From contig JAWLBL010000025.1 of assembly GCA_041687695.1 (NCBI GenBank), positions 64,001 to 128,000 on the forward strand: 64,000 nucleotides of DNA. The letters are read 5' to 3'. Below the pieces are notes generated by a model that worked only from the letters and a program-made list of their open reading frames with translations, was not told the DNA's origin and did no database searches. Each line of letters starts with the position of its first letter. Position 1 is the first letter of the stretch. The DNA comes from Myxococcota bacterium (lineage in GTDB: Bacteria > Myxococcota_A > UBA9042 > PHBI01 > JAWLBL01). The translations under genes and the position numbers were made by a program. Below are positions 1 to 8,214 of the stretch, in pieces.

Positions 1-347
1 GCCAGCTCGTCGAGCGAGCCGAAGGGGATGGGGTGGACGCGCGAGACGCGGTGGATGCCGAAGACCTGGGCGGCGGCGCGGGCGGCGGCGTCCGGGTCGG
101 GGCCGGTGAGGGTCAGCGGGTTGTCCGTGTCGTGGACGCGGTGGCCGGGCGCGTGGCGATCGAGCGCCGCCTGGAGGTTACGCATCAGCATGCGGCGCAT
201 GCGCTTGCGGGTGCGCGGCGACTTGGTGTGCAGCTCGCCCGACAGGTGCAGGCGCAGGTGGTCGACGCCGACGGCCTCCTCGGGCAGGTTGCGGGGCACG
301 TAGACGTGCTGGCTGCGGGTCGCTTGCTCGGGGGCTCGTACGGTCAT
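1..347 (-). CDS. thiI: tRNA 4-thiouridine synthase ThiI-like protein, N-terminal part (runs off the window edge)
   Basis: Not in the ORF track; translated by hand from ATG at 347: MTVRAPEQ...LHLSGELHTKSPRTRKRMRRMLMRNLQAAL...AAQVFGIHRVS. This matches the ThiI N-terminal pattern GE-x2-K...R...L-x2-N...VFGI. Confidence 0.7.
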   Translation of the reverse strand, partial: MTVRAPEQATRSQHVYVPRNLPEEAVGVDHLRLHLSGELHTKSPRTRKRMRRMLMRNLQAALDRHAPGHRVHDTDNPLTLTGPDPDAAARAAAQVFGIHRVSRVHPIPFGSLDEL

Positions 348-463
348 GGGCGCCGGCTTCCGTTCGGGGGACGTGTCGGGTCGCTCGAACCCGGCGGGGC
401 GGCGCGGTGTTCCGGCCCGGCGGGGCGGCGCATGATGGCCGCTCGAGGCTCGCGGGGCAAAGG

Positions 464-1186
464 TTAGCGGTCGCCGGCCTCGCGGACGGCGTCGCGCAGG
501 GCGCCCAGCTCGTCGGCGGTCAGCGGCCGGGCCTCGCCCTCGGGCAGGGCGGGGTCGAGCGTCAGCGGCCCCATCGAGAGGCGGCGCAGGGCGGCGACGT
601 GGGCGCCGCAGGCGGCGATCATGCGCTTGACCTGGTGGTAGCGGCCCTCGGTCAGGGTGACGCGCACGCGGTCCGGGCCGATCGCCTCGAGGCGCGCGGG
701 CTTGCAGATCGTCCCGTCCGCCAGGGCCACGCCGCGGGCGAAGCGCTCGGCGGCGTTGGCGTCCAGCGCGCCCTCGAGCTGCGCCTCGTACACGCGCGCG
801 ACGTGCCGCCGCGGGTGGGTCAGGGCGTGGCTGAGCTGGCCGTCGGTCGTCAGCAGCAGCAGGCCCGTCGTGTCCTTGTCGAGCCGCCCGACCGGGGCCA
901 GCCCGGGCCGCACCCAGCGCGGGTCGATCAGATCCAGCACGGTCCGCTCGCCGGGATCCTCGGTCGCGCTGACGACCTCGGCGGGCTTGTTCAGCATCAG
1001 CGTCACCTGCGGCAGGTACTCGACCGGCGCGCCGTCGACCGCGACGACCTGCCGCGTGGGGTCCACGTGGTCGGCCGGGCGGGTCGTGACGACGCCGTCG
1101 ATGGTGACCAGGCCGCGCCGGACCAGGCGGTCGGCCTCTTTGCGCGTGCGGCCAGTCTCGTGGGCCAGGAACCGATCCAACCTCAT
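464..1186 (-). CDS. rsuA: 16S rRNA pseudouridine synthase, RsuA family
   Basis: S4 domain start MRLDRFLA, LMLNKP, catalytic VGRLDKDTTGLLLLT, LTEGRYHQVKRM. A GGGAGGGAG SD-like motif precedes ATG 1186. Confidence 0.88.
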   Translation of the reverse strand: MRLDRFLAHETGRTRKEADRLVRRGLVTIDGVVTTRPADHVDPTRQVVAVDGAPVEYLPQVTLMLNKPAEVVSATEDPGERTVLDLIDPRWVRPGLAPVGRLDKDTTGLLLLTTDGQLSHALTHPRRHVARVYEAQLEGALDANAAERFARGVALADGTICKPARLEAIGPDRVRVTLTEGRYHQVKRMIAACGAHVAALRRLSMGPLTLDPALPEGEARPLTADELGALRDAVREAGDR

Positions 1187-1217
1187 GCGTGTCTCCCTCC
1201 CAGGCGGCGAGTCGGCG

Positions 1218-1223
1218 TACAGT
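1218..1223 (+). promoter_or_regulatory. Putative -10 element (TACAGT) 8 nt before the methyltransferase ATG; leaderless-type
   Basis: TANNNT match directly upstream of ATG 1232, no SD. Confidence 0.45.
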
Positions 1224-1231
1224 GGCCCGCG

Positions 1232-2620
1232 ATGACGCGCGCCGACAACCCTCGAATCGAGCGAGGCGACTTCCAGACCCCGGATTGGCTGGCCCGGGCG
1301 GTGGTCGAGCGCCTCCATCGGCTGGGCGTCTCGCCGTCCGGCGTCCTCGAGCCCACCTGCGGGCTGGGGGCCTTCCTGGTGGCGGCGGCCGCGCGGTGGC
1401 CCACGGCCGCGCTCGTCGGGCGCGACCTGTCGCCCGGCTACGTCGCCCAGGCGCGGCGCGCGTTGGGGCCGGCGGCCGACCTGCAGGTGGCCGACTGCTT
1501 CGCGACCGACTGGGCGGCGCTACTGGCCCGGCTGGGCGCCGCGCCGCTGGTGCTGGGCAACCCGCCCTGGGTGACGGCGAGCCGGCTGGGCGTCCTGGGC
1601 AGCGGCAACCGCCCGGCGCGGCGCACGCCCGAGGGCTTCAGCGGGCTGGAGGCGACGACCGGGCGGTCGAACTTCGATCTGGGCGAGGCGGTGATCGGGG
1701 CGCTGCTGGACGCGCTGGGCGAGCGGCCCGCGTGGCTGGCGATGCTGTGCAAGGCGACGGTCGCGCGGCGGCTGCTGCCCCGGGCGGCGCTGGTCGGCGT
1801 TTGGCGCATCGACGCGGCGGCGGCGTTCGGGGCGGCGGTGGACGCCGTGCTGATGGTGGCCGAGACCGGGCCGGGGGCGCAGGCCGGACGGGACGTGCCG
1901 GTCTTCGCGGCGCTCGATCGCGATCGGCCGGAGGTCCACTGGGGCGTGCGCGCCGGCCGCGTGGTGGCCGACGTCGAGGCGTGGGCCGAGCCGGCGCCGG
2001 ACGCGCCGCCCGGACTGCGGTGGCGCTCGGGCCTCAAGCACGACTGCGCGGCCGTGATGGAGCTGCGCCGCGACGACGAAGGCTGGGTCAACGGGCTGGG
2101 CGAGGCGGTCGACCTCGAGCCTTCGGTGGCCCTGCCGCTGCTCAAGAGCCGCGATCTCGCGCGCGGAGAGATCGACGGCGCGGCGCGGCGCGTCGTGGTC
2201 CCGCAGCGCGCCCTCGGGCAGGACACCGAGCGCCTGGCGGACGAGGCCCCGCGCGCCTTCGCCTACCTCGAGCGCCACGCCGAGCGCCTCGGACGGCGCG
2301 CCAGCAGCATCTACCGCCGCCAGCCCCGCTTCGCCGTCTTCGGGGTCGGCCCCTACACCTTCGCGCCGTGGAAGGTCGCCGTGTCGGGGCTGCACGCCGA
2401 GCCGGCCTTCCGCGTGGTCGGCCCGGTCGACGGCCAGCCGGTCGTGCTGGACGACACCTGCTACTTCGCGGGCTTTGGCGACGAGGCGGCGGCCCGCGCG
2501 GCCGCGGTCTGGCTGGACGCCCCGGCGACGCGGCGGCGCTTGCGCGCCCTGATGTTCGGCGGCGGCAAGCGGCCGCTGACCCTGGACGTCCTGGCGGGGC
2601 TGCAAGCCGCTTCGCGGTAG
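1232..2620 (+). CDS. DNA amino-methyltransferase, gamma-type motif order (probable N6-adenine)
   Basis: GDFQTP (motif X), VLEPTCGLGAFL (motif I, SAM binding), LVLGNPPW (motif IV), long C-terminal TRD-like region. The ORF part upstream of 1232 is rsuA antisense. Confidence 0.8.
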   Translation: MTRADNPRIERGDFQTPDWLARAVVERLHRLGVSPSGVLEPTCGLGAFLVAAAARWPTAALVGRDLSPGYVAQARRALGPAADLQVADCFATDWAALLARLGAAPLVLGNPPWVTASRLGVLGSGNRPARRTPEGFSGLEATTGRSNFDLGEAVIGALLDALGERPAWLAMLCKATVARRLLPRAALVGVWRIDAAAAFGAAVDAVLMVAETGPGAQAGRDVPVFAALDRDRPEVHWGVRAGRVVADVEAWAEPAPDAPPGLRWRSGLKHDCAAVMELRRDDEGWVNGLGEAVDLEPSVALPLLKSRDLARGEIDGAARRVVVPQRALGQDTERLADEAPRAFAYLERHAERLGRRASSIYRRQPRFAVFGVGPYTFAPWKVAVSGLHAEPAFRVVGPVDGQPVVLDDTCYFAGFGDEAAARAAAVWLDAPATRRRLRALMFGGGKRPLTLDVLAGLQAASR

Positions 2621-2653
2621 CGCAAACGTCGGGGTTGGGGCAGTCTGCGGGCC

Positions 2654-3895
2654 GTGAGACCGCCTCGCCGACAGCCCGCGCCCGACCCGCAGGGGCGCCG
2701 CGCCCTCTCGCAGGTGGGCGGCCGCGCGCGCCTCGAGGGGAACCGCGCCGTGGCCGACGCGCTGGCCCGCGCCGCCCGGCCCCCTGCCGACGACGAGGGC
2801 CGCGCCCTGACCCACGGCTTCCACGCCTGGCCCGCGCGCATGCACCCCCACACGGCGGCGGCGCTCATCCGCGAGGTCGCCCCGGCCCACGGCGCCGTCG
2901 TGGACCCGTTCATGGGCGGCGGCACGGTGGTCCTCGAGGCGATGCTGGCCGGCCGCGAGGCCTACGGTGGCGACGTGAACCCGCTGGCCGTCGAGGTCGC
3001 GTGGGCCCGCACCCGCCGCTGGCCCGACGGCCGGGCCGAGGCCCTGGTCACCCGCGCCCGGGCGGCCGTCACCGCCGCACGCCACCTGCGCGACGAGCGC
3101 CAGGTCCCGGCGGCGTTCCGGAAACACGAGGGGCCCTGGTACGACCCGCCGGCGCTGGCCGAGGTGTGGAGCATCGCCCAGGCCGTCGCGGGCGAGCCCG
3201 ACGCCGAGCTGGCCCGCATGCTGCGGGTCGTCCTGTCGTCCATCCTGGTCAAGGCGTCCCGGCAGGCCTCGGACTCGGTCACGCGCCTGGACCGCGAGCA
3301 CCGCTTCGTGCCGCGCGGCCGGGTCGAGCAGTGGTTCGTGGCGCGCGCCGAGGAGCACGCCCGCAACCTGACGGCGCTGCGCGCGGCGCTGCCGCCCGGC
3401 GTGCCCGAGCCGCGCATCGCCCAGCGCGACGCGCGCGCCGCTGCCCCGACCCTGGCCGGACGCGTCGCCGCCGTCGTCACCTCGCCGCCGTACCCGGGCA
3501 CCTACGACTACGTCGAGCACCACCGCCGTCGGTACGCCGCGCTGGGCCTGGACCCCGAGCTGGCCGAGCGCGCCGAGCTGGGATCGCGCCGCGAGCAGCG
3601 CGCGCTGGGCACCGAGGCCGCCGCGCAGCGCTTCCAGGACGACCTGGCGGCCGCGATGGGGGCGTGGCGGGCGACGCTGGCGCCGGGCGGGCGGGTGCTG
3701 ATGGTCATCGGCGACGGCCAGCAGCCGCGCGGGGTCGTGCGGGCCCTGCCCATCGTGCGGCGGGCGGGGGAGGCGGCCGGCCTGCGGGTCGTCGCCAGCG
3801 CGTCGCAGCCGCGGCGGGTGTGGGGGCACGTGGGGTCGGACCAGGCCTCGCGCAAGGAGGAGCACGTGGTCGCGTTGGAGGCCGCCGATGGATGA
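2654..3895 (+). CDS. DNA methyltransferase, alpha-type motif order (probable N4-cytosine)
   Basis: HGFHAWPARMHP, VVDPFMGGGT (motif I), long central region, then VVTSPPYPG (SPPY motif IV typical of m4C enzymes). Start uncertain. Confidence 0.75.
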   Translation: MRPPRRQPAPDPQGRRALSQVGGRARLEGNRAVADALARAARPPADDEGRALTHGFHAWPARMHPHTAAALIREVAPAHGAVVDPFMGGGTVVLEAMLAGREAYGGDVNPLAVEVAWARTRRWPDGRAEALVTRARAAVTAARHLRDERQVPAAFRKHEGPWYDPPALAEVWSIAQAVAGEPDAELARMLRVVLSSILVKASRQASDSVTRLDREHRFVPRGRVEQWFVARAEEHARNLTALRAALPPGVPEPRIAQRDARAAAPTLAGRVAAVVTSPPYPGTYDYVEHHRRRYAALGLDPELAERAELGSRREQRALGTEAAAQRFQDDLAAAMGAWRATLAPGGRVLMVIGDGQQPRGVVRALPIVRRAGEAAGLRVVASASQPRRVWGHVGSDQASRKEEHVVALEAADG

Positions 3896-4259
3896 CGGCG
3901 GGCGGCCGGCCGGCTGGGCAGACGCGCGGACGACGCTGGCCGAGGTGCGAGCGCGCCTCGAGGCGTTCAACCGGGCCCGCGACTGGGAGCAGTTCCACGC
4001 CCCCAAGGACCTGGCCATGTGCCTGGCGGCTGAGGCGGGCGAGCTGCTCGAGCCCTTTCTGTGGAAGCGCGAGGGCGAGGCCGTCGACGAGGCCAGGGTG
4101 CGCGAGGAGCTGGCCGACGTGGTGATCTGCGCCGTGAACCTGGCCGCCCGCATGGGCATCGACCTGAGCGCCGCCGTGGACGCCAAGATCGCGGCCAACG
4201 CGCGCAAGTACCCGGTCGACAAGGCGCGCGGGCGGGCCACCAAGCACGACGAGCTGTGA
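3888..4259 (+). CDS. MazG-like nucleotide pyrophosphohydrolase (dCTP pyrophosphatase 1-like)
   Basis: RDWEQFHAPKDLAMCLAAEAGELLE...EELADV...KIAANARKYPV; overlaps the upstream stop codon. Confidence 0.88.
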   Translation: MDDGGRPAGWADARTTLAEVRARLEAFNRARDWEQFHAPKDLAMCLAAEAGELLEPFLWKREGEAVDEARVREELADVVICAVNLAARMGIDLSAAVDAKIAANARKYPVDKARGRATKHDEL

Positions 4260-4263
4260 GGGG

Positions 4264-5517
4264 ATGGCGGAGCGGCCCGAGACGCTGATGGAGCTGCCAG
4301 AGACGGAGTTGGATGTCGCGCGCCGGCGGGTGCTGGCGGCGGCGCGCGAGGTGCGCGCGGCGCGGTCGCCGGGCGTGATGGAGCGGCCGCTGTGGCAGGC
4401 GCGCGGGCTGGTGCTGGCGCGCGACGTGCGGGCGGACGGGGATCATCCGGCGGCGCCGCGGGCGCTGTCGGACGGGTACGCGGTGCGCGCGGCGGACGTG
4501 GCGGGGCCGGCGCGGCTGCGGGTCGTCGGCGAGCTGTCGGCGGGCGAGCACTGGCCGGGCGCCCTGGGGGCCGGCCAGGCGGTGGCGCTGACGACCGGCG
4601 CGCCGCTGCCGGATGGGGCCGACGCCGTCCACCTGCTGGAGGGGGCGCGGCGCGAGGGCGACGAGGTGGCGCTGCCTGGCGGGCTGACGCCGGGCGACGG
4701 CGTGGTGGGGCAGGGCGAGTTCGCCAGGGCCGGTGAGGTGGTCGTCCCGGCCGGGACCGTGGTCGACGGCCTGACGGTGGGCGTCCTGGCGTCGGTCGGG
4801 GCCGGCCGCGTCAGCGTGTTCAAGCGGCCGCGCGTGGTAGTCGTGGCCACGGGCAGCGAGCTGGTGGAGCTGGACGAGGCGCCGTCGTCGGCGCAGGTGC
4901 GCGACTCGAACCGGCACACGCTGATGGCGATGCTCGAGGCGGCCTGGTGCCGCGTGGTCGACGGCGGGCGGGTGCCCGACGACCACGCGGCGCTGCGGCG
5001 GGCCGTGCGCGAGGGGCTGGACTCGGACGTGCTGGTGCTGTCGGGCGGCATGTCGTCGGGGCCGGCCGATCGGGTGCGCGAGGTGCTCGAGGACGAGGGG
5101 GTCGAGGTCCTGCTGCACAACGTGCGCATACGCCCGGGCAAGCCGGTGCTGGTGGGGCGCCACGCCGGCGGGTTGGTCTTCGGCCTGCCCGGCAACCCGG
5201 TCAGCACCTTCGTCACGGGGCACCTCTTGCTGCTGCCGGCGGTGCGGGTGCTCGAGGGGCGGCGTCAGCCCGGCCCCTGGGTGCTGGGCGCGCGTCTCGA
5301 CGGGCGGCTGGACCCGACCGGACCGCGGACCACCTTCCATCCGGGGCGGCTCGAGGTGGCCGAGGACGGCTCTTTCGCGGTGGTCCCGCTGCACTGGGGC
5401 GGCAGCGGCGACCAGATCGCCTTCGCGCGCGGGGACTGCCTCATCCGGCGCGAGCAGGGCGCCCCACCGGCCGGCCCGGGCGAGATGGTGTCGGTGCTGG
5501 TCGTCTCGGCGCCCTGA
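4264..5517 (+). CDS. moeA: Molybdopterin molybdotransferase MoeA
   Basis: DGYAVRA, TGAPLP, ATGSEL, RDSN, LSGGMSSG, RPGKP, FGLPGNPVS. Confidence 0.9.
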   Translation: MAERPETLMELPETELDVARRRVLAAAREVRAARSPGVMERPLWQARGLVLARDVRADGDHPAAPRALSDGYAVRAADVAGPARLRVVGELSAGEHWPGALGAGQAVALTTGAPLPDGADAVHLLEGARREGDEVALPGGLTPGDGVVGQGEFARAGEVVVPAGTVVDGLTVGVLASVGAGRVSVFKRPRVVVVATGSELVELDEAPSSAQVRDSNRHTLMAMLEAAWCRVVDGGRVPDDHAALRRAVREGLDSDVLVLSGGMSSGPADRVREVLEDEGVEVLLHNVRIRPGKPVLVGRHAGGLVFGLPGNPVSTFVTGHLLLLPAVRVLEGRRQPGPWVLGARLDGRLDPTGPRTTFHPGRLEVAEDGSFAVVPLHWGGSGDQIAFARGDCLIRREQGAPPAGPGEMVSVLVVSAP

Positions 5518-5523
5518 CGCGCG

Positions 5524-5964
5524 TCAGCCTCGGCGCGCCTCGTTGCGATACTCGGGCTCGACGCCCAGCTCGCGCCAGCGGCGAAAGCGGACGCGGCTCT
5601 CGGCCAGCCGCTCCGGCTGCCGGTGGTCGACGATCTCGATGACCGCCGCGTACCGGCGGGCGAACTCGATCGACGTCGCCGCCTCGAGCAGCAAGACCTC
5701 GGCCGAGATGGGGTCCTGCTCGGCGGTCGTGATGACGACGCCCACCTCGGGGTCGTGCAGCGGCTCGCCGGGCCGGGCGATCTCGTGCGGCAGGAAGGTC
5801 TCGTCGCGGTAGACCCACAGGTGCTCGTCGATCTCCTCGGCCACGGCCGGATCGCCGCAGTGGATGAGCATGCGCTTGCCGCGCTCGTGGGCCGCCTCCG
5901 CCATGCGCGCGATGAAGGGCAGCCGGTCCGCCGGCGGCAGGTCGTAGAAGGTCACTCGCGTCAC
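5524..5964 (-). CDS. holC: DNA polymerase III chi subunit
   Basis: GTG start overlapping the upstream TGA; TRVTFY...IDEHLWVYRDETFLPH...SRVRFRRWRELG matches HolC (LDxxLW...FLPH; R.RF+.Y+..G). Confidence 0.85.
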   Translation of the reverse strand: MTRVTFYDLPPADRLPFIARMAEAAHERGKRMLIHCGDPAVAEEIDEHLWVYRDETFLPHEIARPGEPLHDPEVGVVITTAEQDPISAEVLLLEAATSIEFARRYAAVIEIVDHRQPERLAESRVRFRRWRELGVEPEYRNEARRG

Positions 5965-6401
5965 GCGTCCAGATCCTCCAGCACGACCACGCGGTCGAGC
6001 AGATCGATGGACATCCGGGTGTCGGCCTCCTCGACCACCAACAACCCCTCGTCGGCCGCCTCGAAGGGCTCGGTGAACCACGCGCCGGTCGCGTGCACGA
6101 AGCGCTCGAGGGCGGCCAGGTGCTCGGGCTCGTGGGGGTCGAGCCCGTCGGGCAGGTGCAGCTGCACCGCGATGAGCTCGTCGAGCCGGAACTGGAAGAC
6201 GGCGCCCACGTCGAGCCCGCCGATCTCGAGCGGCTCGGGCAGCTGGTACTCCTGGATGTCGCCTTCGTCGCGTAGCAGCGGCGCCTCGGGGTGATCGAGG
6301 AGAAAGGCGTCCGTCTTGCTTCCCCACGCGCGGCCGAGGATGATGCCGACGCTGGGGTCTACGAAGCGCGTTTCTGGCATGCTGCCCATGGCGAAGCTCA
6401 C
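5961..6401 (-). CDS. Hypothetical acidic protein
   Basis: Protein-like composition, GC3-biased codons, GTGA coupling to holC. Start may be 6389 or 6380. Confidence 0.7.
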   Translation of the reverse strand: MSFAMGSMPETRFVDPSVGIILGRAWGSKTDAFLLDHPEAPLLRDEGDIQEYQLPEPLEIGGLDVGAVFQFRLDELIAVQLHLPDGLDPHEPEHLAALERFVHATGAWFTEPFEAADEGLLVVEEADTRMSIDLLDRVVVLEDLDA

Positions 6402-6548
6402 ATCCAGGCCGTCCCATCGAAGCGGGCGCGGGCCACGAAGACGCGTCGGCGCCGCGCCGCGCGTGCGACCGGGGCGTCCGACGCCCCCCGCTCTAACAGC
6501 AGGGTCGTCGCGCCGTCAACACGGCGCCGCCCCGGCCCCGGAGTCCCG

Positions 6549-7436
6549 ATGACCTGGCTGTCGGCCCGCCGCGAGGGTCTGCACCGGCTGTCCGCGCGCG
6601 ACCGCCGCGAGATCCTGCGCTTTCTGCGCGGCCAGCCCGAGCACAACGCCTACCTGCTGGCCCAGGTCGAGCGCGGCGCCCTGGTCCGCGACGACGTCGC
6701 CGGCCCGTTCATCGGCTTCTGGTCGGGCGGCGCCCTCGTCGGCGCCTTCTGCTGCGGCTCCAACCTGGTGCTGTCGTCGCCGGTCAGCGCCGAGGCCCTG
6801 TCCGCCTTCGCCGAGTACGCACGCCGTGGCGGCTGGCAGGTGCGCGTCGCCATCGGGCAGGACACCGACCTAGGCCGCTTCATGGATCTCTATGGCCGCG
6901 ACCACCGCCCGGTGCGCCTCGAGCGGCCCGGCCAGCTGCTGTTCCGGCTCACGCGGGCCCGCCACGAGCCGCCCGACGGCCGGACCGGCCTGCGACCGGC
7001 CGAGCTGAGCGAGCTCGAGGCCATCCTGGCGGCCGACCGCGCCATGGTCGTCGAGGAGCTGGGCTTCGACCCCTTCGTCGAAGACCCGTTCAGCCACCGC
7101 GAGGGGTGGCGCCGCCGCATCCGCGAGGGGCGCGCCTGGGTCATCGGGCCGCCGGGCGGGCCGCTCGTCTTCAAGGCCGAGCAGTCGGCGGTCAGCGACG
7201 ACGCCGTGCAGATCTCGGGCGTCTGGACCCACCCCGGCGCGCGCGGCCAGGGGCTCGCCCGACGCGCGCTGGGCGAGCTGTGCGGGCGGCTGCTGGTCTC
7301 GGCCCCGTTGGTCACCCTGTACGTGCACCCGCTCAACGGACCGGCCATCGCCGTCTACCGGCGCCTGGGCTTCGAGCTGGTCGACAAGGTCCGCTCGATC
7401 TGGTTCGAGGCCGGGCGCGCCCCAGGCGACGGATAG
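6549..7436 (+). CDS. GNAT N-acetyltransferase (FR47-like C-terminal domain)
   Basis: QISGVWTHPGARGQGLA acetyl-CoA motif; LYVHPLNGPAIAVYRRLGF. Confidence 0.85.
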   Translation: MTWLSARREGLHRLSARDRREILRFLRGQPEHNAYLLAQVERGALVRDDVAGPFIGFWSGGALVGAFCCGSNLVLSSPVSAEALSAFAEYARRGGWQVRVAIGQDTDLGRFMDLYGRDHRPVRLERPGQLLFRLTRARHEPPDGRTGLRPAELSELEAILAADRAMVVEELGFDPFVEDPFSHREGWRRRIREGRAWVIGPPGGPLVFKAEQSAVSDDAVQISGVWTHPGARGQGLARRALGELCGRLLVSAPLVTLYVHPLNGPAIAVYRRLGFELVDKVRSIWFEAGRAPGDG

Positions 7437-7449
7437 GGAGGCGGCGGCC

Positions 7450-8214
7450 TCAGGCGGCGCGGGCGGCCGGGGTCCGTCGCTGCTGGGCGTACAGGCGCAG
7501 GGCGAAGGCGCCGGCGGGGGTGGCGCGCAGCTCCTCGACCAGGGCGCGGGCGCCGGTCGGCAGCTCGGCGGCGGCGGGCAGCGGGACGCCGTACTCGGGC
7601 GGCAGCAGCAGCGGCGCGGCCAGGGCGGCGAAGGTCAGGTCCGCCGCGGTGAACGAGTCGCCGGTCAGGAAGGAACGCCCGTCGGCCAAAAGCGCGGCCA
7701 CGTCGGCGAAGACCTGGTCGATGCGCTCGCGGGCCTTGGCGGCGCCGCGGGGGTGCAGCCCGTACCCCTTCTTCAGCGCCAGGCGGAGCAGCGGCATCAT
7801 GAGGCGGATCAGGCGGCGCTCGGCCGGGGGCGCGCCCACCGTGACCATGCGGTGCAGCAGCGACGAGTCGACCAGGTGGCAGTACATCAGGCGCCGCGCC
7901 GCGGGGCCCAGGCGCCGGTCGAAGTCGTCCTCGAGCTGGTCGACGCGGGCGCGGGCGTCGGGGTCGGCCGGCCACAGCGCGGCGCCCCGCGCGTCGGCCC
8001 AGCGCAGGATGTCCGTCGAGTCGGTCAGCGCTCCCTCGGCCGTCAGCAGGATCGGCACCGTGCGCCCGCCGCCGGCGCGGCGAGTGGCGCGGCGGTGAAA
8101 GAGCGGCGCGTGCGGCTCCTCGTCGTAGGCGACGCCGGCGCGCTCGAGCGCCCAGCGGGCCTTGTCGACGTAGTGGCTCAGGCCGATGCTCACCAGCCGC
8201 GGTCGCGAGGTCAC
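7450..8214 (-). CDS. Glutathione S-transferase family protein
   Basis: SHYVDKARWAL, TVPIL, TDSTDI, FLTGDSFTAADLTFAAL; GTGA overlap with the upstream gene. Confidence 0.85.
   Translation of the reverse strand: MTSRPRLVSIGLSHYVDKARWALERAGVAYDEEPHAPLFHRRATRRAGGGRTVPILLTAEGALTDSTDILRWADARGAALWPADPDARARVDQLEDDFDRRLGPAARRLMYCHLVDSSLLHRMVTVGAPPAERRLIRLMMPLLRLALKKGYGLHPRGAAKARERIDQVFADVAALLADGRSFLTGDSFTAADLTFAALAAPLLLPPEYGVPLPAAAELPTGARALVEELRATPAGAFALRLYAQQRRTPAARAA

Noticed and set aside
407..1231. N-terminal extension of the methyltransferase ORF (similar extensions at 12622, 20563, 45355, 45969, 51811, 52465, 61965, 63656)
   Set aside because: These overlap neighbouring real genes in other frames or strands; starts were reassigned from motifs and stop/start overlaps.
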